Source: Bacteroidia bacterium
GTDB lineage: Bacteria; Bacteroidota; Bacteroidia; SpSt-205
NCBI GenBank assembly: GCA_025062295.1
Contig: JANXAJ010000001.1
Coordinates: 36,167 to 100,166, forward strand
DNA: 64,000 nucleotides
Direction: 5' to 3'
Under the pieces are notes generated by a model. It saw only the letters and a program-made list of their open reading frames with translations, ran no database searches and was not told the origin of the DNA. The translations under genes were made by a program, and so were the position numbers. Within the stretch, counting starts at the first letter, position 1. Each line of letters opens with the position of its first letter. Of the stretch, positions 9,279-17,494 are shown in pieces.

Positions 9279-10183
9279 GCGCTTGTGGCTGGGATGAAGA
9301 CGAAGAGTATATCCCCACCTACACGGGTACCTACATACGAGTGGGGGATGCACTTTACTGGAGGTCTTCTGCAGGGGAGGTAGTTCGGCTCTCGCTTGCA
9401 GTTCGCTCTATTGCAAGCACGCCGTGGGGATTAGCGGCACTATCGGCGGATGGACAGACTCTATATCTTTTTGAGGCAGGCAAGCTTGAACCGAAACAGC
9501 GGTTTGATTTAGGGGAAGCCTGCTCGAGGGTTACAGCTTTTTTTGAAAAACCAACCCTTTGTCTTGCTTGTCCAAAAGGGATTCGCTTAGGGCGTAGTTC
9601 AGAGAAATCTTTCAATCCCCGTTGGGAATCTCTCCCACAGAGCGGGCTATTTTCTCATATTGCTACGGCTTCAAGCTTTATTATCGCTGCAGGGGGGGGC
9701 AAAGTTGCTGTATATGAACCCCAACGCTTTGCCCAAGTAGCTGCTGCCTCCTTTTCTGGGACCCCAGTAGGACTCTGGATAGAACATCCCACGAGTGCAG
9801 CTCTCAGTTGGCGCGATGAAACAGGGACTTTGCGTATCCTTTCCTATTTCCATCCTGGGCGGCTTTTCACTTATGATAGCATAGGGAAGTATATAAGCCG
9901 TCAGACCTCTCCTTATCTCAAACCTGCTATTGGTACAGAGTATAGGGGAAGCATAAGCCTTATGTCGGACAGTGTCCTTCTGCCTGGGGGGCATCGGCAT
10001 GTGAGCGGATTTACCGCAGATCTCCTCAGAGGTGAGGTCTTCTTTTTGCGAAAGGATACTGTATGGCGATATCAAGTCACTCTTCCGTCTTCTCTTGGGC
10101 AGGTAGGGATCTTCTCTGTCTCGGGTGAAATGGAAGGAGTGTGGGTATATCGTTACGGTTCGGCAGAGGTTACAATCAGATAG
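9170..10183 (+). CDS. Hypothetical lipoprotein (beta-rich), last gene of the rpmF-plsX-fabH string
   Basis: Lipobox LLSAC after a hydrophobic stretch. The start is uncertain: candidates at 9170 or near 9251-9260 all overlap the fabH 3' end. Contains a G8 tract at 9692..9699. Confidence 0.5.
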   Translation: MPIRLRESAQKGRQSHFSYVRWGFYLGSFVATMGLLSACGWDEDEEYIPTYTGTYIRVGDALYWRSSAGEVVRLSLAVRSIASTPWGLAALSADGQTLYLFEAGKLEPKQRFDLGEACSRVTAFFEKPTLCLACPKGIRLGRSSEKSFNPRWESLPQSGLFSHIATASSFIIAAGGGKVAVYEPQRFAQVAAASFSGTPVGLWIEHPTSAALSWRDETGTLRILSYFHPGRLFTYDSIGKYISRQTSPYLKPAIGTEYRGSISLMSDSVLLPGGHRHVSGFTADLLRGEVFFLRKDTVWRYQVTLPSSLGQVGIFSVSGEMEGVWVYRYGSAEVTIR

Positions 10184-11391
10184 GGGGGAGTAGAGGAGCT
10201 TTCACCAGCTGCGAGCCAGCGCTGGAGGGTATAGGCTCGTCCGGAGAGCCATACATAGAAGGAAGCAGGCTTAGGACGGCGTCCTAGGGCTATCTCCTGA
10301 ATGGGTTGAGTTAGCTCCCAAATCACTCGCTCACCACTAAATTCCCCAAATCCCCAACTGGCACTTGCCACTTCGCCTGTGGTATCTGCATAAAGAGCGA
10401 GGCTCGCAGGACGAGGATAAAAAGGATTGTAGCTAAAAGCTGTAGCCGAATCGCTGAACCAGAAGAGGCGAGCGGATAGGATGGGGCGCCTATAAAGCCT
10501 TTCCCATCCCTCTATGTGAAAGCGAATACCTACCGGCAGTCCACCCGCTACAAGGAGAGTATGGCGCCATAGTAGGCTGTCTTGTAGAAGTCTATCTCGC
10601 AGAGTATGCCCACCTTCTCGTACAAGGCTGAATGCCCATGTGCAGGAGTCTGTGATGAAGAAATCATACCGCTGAGGAGCTTCACCCGTTTGAATTTTCT
10701 CCCGATAATATACTCGTAGAACAGTGGAAACACTGCGAGGAAAGACAGTATAGATAGCAGCTTTGCGGTCAGAATTTAGGGGCTCAGCAGAGAGGTATAA
10801 GCCGGGAAAAGCGGTTTGAAAGGCTTTGTCTCCACTAAGAGCGGTAGGGGGCAAGCTAAGAATCTGTCGACCAAGTGAGGTGTCTAATGGAAACCGGTAG
10901 CCTCCAGGTCGGACAGTTGTGAAGTAAAGACTATCACGCCCGGGTAAGACAAGGTTCTGACCTTCAGTGAGGAAGGTAGATTCGGTGGTATAGGTCTGCT
11001 CTGCGGAGAGAGGATGAAGGAGCTTCTCTACTCGGAGACGCATAGGCGCAGAGAAGTCCCCATAACTGCTTGCAATAAAGAGCTCCAGAATAACTGAATC
11101 CACAGCTATCAGCTCTTGAGTAACGAACTGGACCCCATTTCCTCCTAAGGCAAAGTTAGTTGCCCACCCAGCTTTCCATCGCCCTGTAAAAGTGTCTTCG
11201 GTTTGTCCCATGAAGACAAAAGGCAGATTATTTGTGACAGGAGGGGGGAGGAATACTTGCTGAATGTGAGTCAGGTAAAATGTATCCTGACGGAGGGGAG
11301 GTGGCGGGAAAACTTCCTCTCCTATGCGCCGGGGGTTTCTACACTCATTCCCACACAGCGCTAAGAGAAGGAAAAGAGTCTTCTTTCTCAA
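10153..11391 (-). CDS. Hypothetical lipoprotein, DUF4270-like
   Basis: Lipoprotein signal MRKKTLFLLLALCGNEC, 412 aa. It lies immediately downstream of the short glycogen-synthase-like gene, a pairing I recall as conserved in Bacteroidota. Confidence 0.4.
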   Translation of the reverse strand: MRKKTLFLLLALCGNECRNPRRIGEEVFPPPPLRQDTFYLTHIQQVFLPPPVTNNLPFVFMGQTEDTFTGRWKAGWATNFALGGNGVQFVTQELIAVDSVILELFIASSYGDFSAPMRLRVEKLLHPLSAEQTYTTESTFLTEGQNLVLPGRDSLYFTTVRPGGYRFPLDTSLGRQILSLPPTALSGDKAFQTAFPGLYLSAEPLNSDRKAAIYTVFPRSVSTVLRVYYREKIQTGEAPQRYDFFITDSCTWAFSLVREGGHTLRDRLLQDSLLWRHTLLVAGGLPVGIRFHIEGWERLYRRPILSARLFWFSDSATAFSYNPFYPRPASLALYADTTGEVASASWGFGEFSGERVIWELTQPIQEIALGRRPKPASFYVWLSGRAYTLQRWLAAGESSSTPPYLIVTSAEP

Positions 11392-12155
11392 ACTGGAGCC
11401 CGAGTGAGAAGCTGCTGGTAAAAATCCAGCCAGGTTTCTAAGGTGGGGTCCCCCTGATGTACATCTACACTTCTTCGCATTTCCATCAAAAGTTTGTCAT
11501 AAAAATTCCCTGCTAATCGTTGGAAAACCTCTAATACCTGTCCATCCATTCGGGCCTTTTCTGCCAGGGAAGAGGAGAAGCGCAGGCCTGGAATTTGATT
11601 CTCGTAATGAGTGAAGAAGAGCTTAGCGCCACCTAAGAAGGGATCATTCTGAAGGTGATACCGAAGGTAGAGGGTAAGAAGCGCTGTCATCCATCCATTG
11701 CAGTGAATGATGTGAGGAGCCCACTTAAGGGTTTTTATCATTGCTATGACTCCCTTGCTGAAGAAGATGATTCTTTCATCATTATCTGCATAGGGCTGCT
11801 GAGTGTCTGGGTCTATGAATATGCCTTTGCGAGCCCAAAATTCATGATTGTCTAAGAAATAGACTTGAGTGCGGGTGCCGGGGATGCTGGCTACTTTTAC
11901 ATTGAGGGAGTAGTCCATATTCCCAACTCGAATAGTAATGCCTGAGAGTCGTTTCACTTCATGGAGTCGCCATCGCCGATCATCAATAATACCATACTTG
12001 GGCATGAGAATGCGTACTTCATAATTTTCAGGGGCCCGTTGAGGCAGCTGAGCGACATATTGGGCTGCAATACTTTCTCCCCAAAAAGGCTCACATTCTG
12101 TCGTCACAAGGAGTACCCGCTGTCGTTCCTGCCAGTACCCTATCATAATACGCAA
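11388..12155 (-). CDS. Glycogen/starch-synthase-like protein, N-terminal GT5 domain only (truncated GlgA homologue)
   Basis: Collinear similarity to the GlgA N-terminal half (ILMPKYGIID / VYFLDNHEFWAR / APHIIHCNGWMTALL / KLFFTHYENQ). The KTGGL motif is degenerate (WGESIA) and the C-terminal GT1 domain is absent. 255 aa. Confidence 0.5.
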   Translation of the reverse strand: MRIMIGYWQERQRVLLVTTECEPFWGESIAAQYVAQLPQRAPENYEVRILMPKYGIIDDRRWRLHEVKRLSGITIRVGNMDYSLNVKVASIPGTRTQVYFLDNHEFWARKGIFIDPDTQQPYADNDERIIFFSKGVIAMIKTLKWAPHIIHCNGWMTALLTLYLRYHLQNDPFLGGAKLFFTHYENQIPGLRFSSSLAEKARMDGQVLEVFQRLAGNFYDKLLMEMRRSVDVHQGDPTLETWLDFYQQLLTRAPV

Positions 12156-12184
12156 AGTTAGGCAAAAATCGTCAAATTTGGCTT

Positions 12185-14224
12185 ATGGTGAGGACACTCT
12201 CGCCGACTCTTCTGAGTGAGGCCTATCAGCTTATGTGCTACACTGCTCATATGGCTCGGATCTATGATGAGCATCGGGAGTTGGCTCGGTATGTACATTC
12301 TACCTCACGGGGTCATGAAGCGATTCAGATTGCTGTAGGACTGTGTCTGCGTCCGATAGATTATGTCTATCCTTATTATCGGGATGAAGCAATGCTCTTA
12401 GCGATGGGATTTAGCCCCTATGAGCTTATGCTTCAGCTTCTTGCAAAAGCCGAAGATCCTTTTTCTGGGGGCAGGAGCTACTATAATCATGCAAGTGCTC
12501 GGCGGCCTGATCGTCCGAAGATTCCTCATCAATCCTCTGCCACGGGCATGCAGGCAATTCCAGCCACAGGAGCGGCTCATGGGCTACTCTATCTGCGGCA
12601 GCAGGGACTGCGCAGTGATGATGCGATTGTGGTATGTAGCTTAGGAGATGGGGCCCTGACTGAGGGAGAGGTCTCGGAGGCTTTTCAAATGGCAGTTTTG
12701 AAGAAGCTGCCCATTCTTTACCTTGTGCAAGATAACGGATGGGCTATCTCAGCAACTGAAGAAGAAATACGCGCAATGAGTGCGATAGAGTATGCGCGAG
12801 GATTTCCTGGTCTTGAGGTCTTCAGTGTATCAGAAGGGTATGATTTTTTGAGCTGTTATGCAGTGGCAGAGGAGGCGTTTGCATATGTTCGTAATTGGGG
12901 AGGTCCTGCCCTTCTATATGCTCGGGTTCCACTGATAGGACATCATACCTCAGGAGTGCGGCGAGAATGGTATCGTTCTCAAGAAGAGTATAAGGAAGCC
13001 CTTGCAAATGACCCCCGTCTCCTCTTGAAAGCCTACATAGAGACTCATCACCCTGATATAGACTTAGCACGAATAGAGAAGGAGGCACAAGAAGAGATTG
13101 AAACTGCATTTAGCCGGGCAGCTCAGGCGGCTGATCCAGACTCGGCGACTCTAAGAGAACATGTACTGGCTCCGACTCCTATCAAAGTGGAGGAAGGGGA
13201 GCGTTGTCCTGCTGGGGCACCTGAAGTGCTTATGGTTGATGCTGCTCTGCATGCTCTGGAAGAAATCTTGGCTCGCCATCCTGAAGCGCTCTTTTACGGG
13301 CAAGATGTCGGGCGACGCTTAGGAGGGGTATTCCGAGAAGCCGCTACCTTGGCAGAGAAATTTGGCGATCATCGCGTTTTCAATACCCCCATCCAAGAGG
13401 CCTACATCATTGGGAGCTGTGCGGGTATGGCAGCAGTTGGATGCCGACCGATTGTAGAGATTCAATTTGCGGACTACATCTGGCCGGGTCTCAATCAGCT
13501 CTTTACCGAACTCAGTCGGTCTTATTACCTTTCAAATGGAAAGTGGTCTATTCCTGCAGTGATTCGGGTACCTTGTGGGGCTTATTTAGGTGGTGGCCCC
13601 TACCATTCCTCCAGCATTGAGAGCATTCTTACTTCTATCCGAGGCATTAAGGTTGTTTATCCCTCTAATGCAGCCGATATGAAGGGACTCTTCAAAGCTG
13701 CCTTCTATGATCCTAATCCTGTTGTTATTTTGGAACACAAAGGGCTCTACTGGTCAAAGGTCCCGGGAACTCGGGCGGCAAAAACGCCTGAACCCAGTGC
13801 AGACTATGTGGTCCCGATTGGCAGAGCGCGCTGGTGGCTTCATGCCGAGGAAGAGCCCTCTGTCGCTATTATTAGCTATGGTATGGGGGTACACTGGGGG
13901 CTTAGTATAGCGGCTCAGTTTCCTAAGAGAGTGGGTATTTTGGATTTGCGAAGTCTTTCACCTCTTGATTACGAAGCTCTACACGAAGCGGCGCGCCGCT
14001 ATCATCGTCTTCTGCTTTTGACCGAGGAGCCACCAGCTCATAGCTTTATGCAGGCAGTCGCTGGATGGATAGCAGAGAATGCCTTTGAGTGGCTGGATGC
14101 TCCTTTGCGCGTGCTTGGAAGTGCTGAGGTACCAGCAGTTCCACTTAGCCTTTCGCTGGAAAAAGCCTATCTCCCTTCTTTAGAAGAGATAAGTCGCGCA
14201 GTAGAATTTCTCCTCTCCTATTGA
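12185..14224 (+). CDS. 2-oxoacid dehydrogenase E1 component, fused alpha/beta subunits (TPP-dependent)
   Basis: TPP motif GDGALTEGEV...LVQDNGWAIS in the N-terminal half and a transketolase-like beta half. 679 aa, typical Bacteroidota fusion. An internal Met start (MARIYDEH) is possible. Confidence 0.8.
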   Translation: MVRTLSPTLLSEAYQLMCYTAHMARIYDEHRELARYVHSTSRGHEAIQIAVGLCLRPIDYVYPYYRDEAMLLAMGFSPYELMLQLLAKAEDPFSGGRSYYNHASARRPDRPKIPHQSSATGMQAIPATGAAHGLLYLRQQGLRSDDAIVVCSLGDGALTEGEVSEAFQMAVLKKLPILYLVQDNGWAISATEEEIRAMSAIEYARGFPGLEVFSVSEGYDFLSCYAVAEEAFAYVRNWGGPALLYARVPLIGHHTSGVRREWYRSQEEYKEALANDPRLLLKAYIETHHPDIDLARIEKEAQEEIETAFSRAAQAADPDSATLREHVLAPTPIKVEEGERCPAGAPEVLMVDAALHALEEILARHPEALFYGQDVGRRLGGVFREAATLAEKFGDHRVFNTPIQEAYIIGSCAGMAAVGCRPIVEIQFADYIWPGLNQLFTELSRSYYLSNGKWSIPAVIRVPCGAYLGGGPYHSSSIESILTSIRGIKVVYPSNAADMKGLFKAAFYDPNPVVILEHKGLYWSKVPGTRAAKTPEPSADYVVPIGRARWWLHAEEEPSVAIISYGMGVHWGLSIAAQFPKRVGILDLRSLSPLDYEALHEAARRYHRLLLLTEEPPAHSFMQAVAGWIAENAFEWLDAPLRVLGSAEVPAVPLSLSLEKAYLPSLEEISRAVEFLLSY

Positions 14225-15606
14225 GTCTTTTTCCTGCAAAGTCTCTTCATCGGTGGTATCTGAAAGCTTTTCTTTGGCTTGTGTGTGGGGGGTGTGCCTC
14301 TATTTACCCTCCTGATGGCGGGCCTCCTGATACTGAGCCGCCCTCTCTCCGAAAGATTCGTCAATCATCCCGCGGGAAAACCCTTCACCTGTATTGGAAT
14401 GAGCACCTTTCTCTCACTTCTGACTTATCTGGCACAGGACTCTGGATGAACCCTTCCCTTCCTTTTGAAGCTGTGCTCAGAGGGAGGCGTATTCAGCTGC
14501 GGCTACTATTTGAGCCTAATTCTCAGAGGTGTATTAGTTTGTGGGGAGGACCAGGGCTGAAAGACTTTACTGAGCAGAATCCTCTTCCTCCTCAGCTTCT
14601 TTGGAAGAGCTGCTTAGAGGATACTTTTGCTTTCAAGGTTCCTCTTGAGCAAACGAATGGGGAGGCGCCTATATGGGCTCTTTTTTCCTGTAGCGAGCAA
14701 GCCTATCGGTTTTTAGGATGGCAGGGTTGGGTATATGCCGCAGGCCTGCCTTCTGATAGCTGCACGGGGTGGGCATGGCAAGACCAAGATAGAAATCAGC
14801 GATGGGACATCCATGAACCGGTGTGGCTACCCCCCTATGACCTTTTCCATGCAGCCCAAGATTCTTTTCCTCCTTGGCAACGTTTCTTCGTAGATACTTT
14901 CCCCCCAGCTTCTCCAAAGGTTCAGCTTCTGGATTCAATCTGGGCTGTTCTCTTTTTTCAAGAAGAGGTTTTCCCCAAGGGAGAGTATGTTTTCCCGCTC
15001 TCCGAAAGAGTCCTTTTGGTTCGGCAGGGGATGTCGTTTGCGGTTCAAGATTCCTTAGGGTTAGAAAGGGTGATACAAGTTCCCTTCAGTAGTGATACAC
15101 AGGGTTATGGAGTGAATGTTTTCTGGCCTTTAGATGTCAATGCTCGTACCCCCCTTATAGTTTTGCGCTGGACAGAGGAACTCACTTGTACAGATGCTTT
15201 TTGGGCTGCTCGGAGTGGGGATTCTCTTTTTGCCGCAGATGCATGTTTTGAAAGCAGGCAGATATGGCTTTCTCCCCTTCATCTTTCGACTGAGGTAGAG
15301 GCCTTTTTACATAAGGCGAACGGAGAGGTGTTACGCTTCCGGGTCCCTGGGAGGAAATATGCTGTGACCCTTCCAACTGTGAGTGGCGTCGCTCGATGGC
15401 GAGTATATGGACCCTCTCGTCTTTTCAGCGGCACCTGGGTAGAGGCTTTGCCCGAAGAGACCATATGGCTCCCAGCGGGAGATTATGCCATGATAGGGCT
15501 TGGCGTGAAAGAGGGAGCTTGGCATCCCGTTGTAATTAAGGAAGGTCGTCCATATCTGATTGCTCCTGTCGCTTCACCTCTCCAACGATTCAGGGTAGGC
15601 GAGTAG
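14221..15606 (+). CDS. Hypothetical lipoprotein
   Basis: TTG start overlaps the E1 stop (TTGA). Signal/lipobox FLWLVCGGCAS. 461 aa, no recognisable domain. Confidence 0.45.
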   Translation: MSLFPAKSLHRWYLKAFLWLVCGGCASIYPPDGGPPDTEPPSLRKIRQSSRGKTLHLYWNEHLSLTSDLSGTGLWMNPSLPFEAVLRGRRIQLRLLFEPNSQRCISLWGGPGLKDFTEQNPLPPQLLWKSCLEDTFAFKVPLEQTNGEAPIWALFSCSEQAYRFLGWQGWVYAAGLPSDSCTGWAWQDQDRNQRWDIHEPVWLPPYDLFHAAQDSFPPWQRFFVDTFPPASPKVQLLDSIWAVLFFQEEVFPKGEYVFPLSERVLLVRQGMSFAVQDSLGLERVIQVPFSSDTQGYGVNVFWPLDVNARTPLIVLRWTEELTCTDAFWAARSGDSLFAADACFESRQIWLSPLHLSTEVEAFLHKANGEVLRFRVPGRKYAVTLPTVSGVARWRVYGPSRLFSGTWVEALPEETIWLPAGDYAMIGLGVKEGAWHPVVIKEGRPYLIAPVASPLQRFRVGE

Positions 15607-15819
15607 GGGCTATTTACCTGCAGGTAAGGGAGCCCTTGCTTTGAGAGACCCCTTCGTATTCCTAAAAGAAGACTTTTCCTCACCCAAGGGTCAAGAGAGA
15701 GAAGCAAGCTATGCCCACAGAGGAAACGAATCGTGAGTGCGTAAAGTATAAGGAGAGCTATTTGCAACCTTATGTTGGGAATAAAAAGGGCGAAGTCTTG
15801 GATTATTCATAGATTTGAT

Positions 15820-16515
15820 TTATGGAAGAAACGATATCTGAAGCCGAAGTTCTATCCAGCTCGGTGAAAGGGAGTAGGAACGACGCTCCGACTGGAGCTG
15901 AAGGGTATCTCGTAAAAGTGAGTAGGTGAAGAAAGAAGGCTTACCCCACAGGAGTGGATAGCTCATGCTAATCCCAAATAGAGTTTTCTTGTTTTGAAGA
16001 AGGTCTACCCAGAGCGTAGGAGAGACCGCACACCCAATATAACTATTGCTTTCTATAAGGATTCGCAAAACTTCCCCTGATTTGAGGAGCAATTCCCAGG
16101 ATGGATAACTTACATAAGCAATGCGAAGATCCCCTGAGAATGCGCACCATAAGCCTGTCTTGAGAGGGAAGCGATATACAACACCTAACCCTCCTATATT
16201 TGAGAGGGGAGAACGGCTTCTCAGAGAGGAAATGGTTTCTTGAGACACAAAGCTGGAAAAAAAGCTCTGTTGGTTCAAAGACCATTGGATAAGCTGAAAA
16301 AATGGAAACCATCCAAGCCTGCCTTGACGATTGTAGTATTCTTTCGCTCCATACAGACCGACAGCATATCGGATGTGCCCCCCAGCAGGAAAGGGATGCC
16401 TCTTTTCCTGCCAAGCCCCCATTGGATATAGACCACTTCCTCCTATTACGAAAGGACGATACAGCTTTTGGGCAAAGATTAGGCTTAGACCTGCCAGAAA
16501 AGCTCTGCTTGCCAT
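15820..16515 (-). CDS. Hypothetical protein (beta-rich, possible outer-membrane protein)
   Basis: 231 aa with alternating aromatic/hydrophobic pattern. Slightly lower GC than neighbours by eye. Confidence 0.35.
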   Translation of the reverse strand: MASRAFLAGLSLIFAQKLYRPFVIGGSGLYPMGAWQEKRHPFPAGGHIRYAVGLYGAKEYYNRQGRLGWFPFFQLIQWSLNQQSFFSSFVSQETISSLRSRSPLSNIGGLGVVYRFPLKTGLWCAFSGDLRIAYVSYPSWELLLKSGEVLRILIESNSYIGCAVSPTLWVDLLQNKKTLFGISMSYPLLWGKPSFFTYSLLRDTLQLQSERRSYSLSPSWIELRLQISFLP

Positions 16516-16573
16516 AAAGAATTTAGATAAATCTATGCATTTTCCTGTAGCTCCGCTTCAGTGGAATCATCTG

Positions 16574-17494
16574 CTATCGGTGAAAAAGAAGCATGCCTCC
16601 TGTTGTCAAGGCTGCAGCCCCAGCTAACTGCCATGTGAGCGGTTCTTGTCCGAAGGCAGCAGCCAGGAGGGCTGTCCCGATTGGCTGAAAGCTAATGTAC
16701 AGTGCAGTCTGGGTAGGAGTGAGATAGCGAAGACCTGCATTCAGAAGAAGGTAAGCCATAACGGACATCCCTACAATAAGATAAGCTAAACTCCACCATG
16801 GCCCTGGGCTCTCTGGGAAGGTAGCTTGACGTAGAAGACCAGCACAAAGTGTCGGGGTATGAAGAACTCCGCCGATAATCATCACCACGGTAGTAACCTC
16901 CATCGCTCCCATCCGACTCACGATAGGTGGAGAGTAGTTGAGGTACCATGCCCAAAATCCTACTGCCATAAGGATGAGTGTCCATCCCCAACCGTGACTG
17001 GCATGGAGGAGATTGTGCCAGAGAGCCAAAACGACCCCTCCATAAGCTAAGAGGAGAGCTCCGGCTTTTTGCCAGCGCCAGCTTTCCCTGCGAAAAATCC
17101 ATATACTTAGCCAGTAGACGACCGACGGCGTGAGGGCATAGATTAGGGCGGTCGTAGCAGCAGTTGTGTATCGGAGCCCCCAGTTAAAAAGCATTTGATT
17201 GAATAAAATGCCAACTATGGATAAAACAAATAATCTTTTCTTCCATTCTGTAGGAATATCATGCCATCTTGCTTTTATCCATTTTGCTTTCAAAAAGAAG
17301 GGCAGAAGAAGGCAGTAGAGGAGAGCACTGCCCCAAGCTCGTACTCCAGTCAAAAACAGGGGGTCAAAGGTTTGAGCTGCTTCGCGCCCGACGACATATC
17401 CTCCGCAAATGATCAGCGTCTGTCCTGTAAGAGCGAGGTGTCCTTTCCACCGCTCAATCCGCCTCTGTGAGGGGGTCAGGAGAGACGGTCGCAT
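16574..17494 (-). CDS. DMT superfamily transporter (EamA family)
   Basis: Ten predicted TM helices in two EamA repeats. The start was moved to MRPSLL (ATG 17494) because the longer ORF overlaps the upstream gene. Confidence 0.7.
   Translation of the reverse strand: MRPSLLTPSQRRIERWKGHLALTGQTLIICGGYVVGREAAQTFDPLFLTGVRAWGSALLYCLLLPFFLKAKWIKARWHDIPTEWKKRLFVLSIVGILFNQMLFNWGLRYTTAATTALIYALTPSVVYWLSIWIFRRESWRWQKAGALLLAYGGVVLALWHNLLHASHGWGWTLILMAVGFWAWYLNYSPPIVSRMGAMEVTTVVMIIGGVLHTPTLCAGLLRQATFPESPGPWWSLAYLIVGMSVMAYLLLNAGLRYLTPTQTALYISFQPIGTALLAAAFGQEPLTWQLAGAAALTTGGMLLFHR

Noticed and set aside
15607-15819. Possible SRP (4.5S) RNA because of a GGTCAAGAGAGAGAAGCAAGC stretch resembling GGUCCGGAAGGAAGCAGCC
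   Set aside because: The match is too degenerate and no flanking helix closing a domain IV could be drawn.
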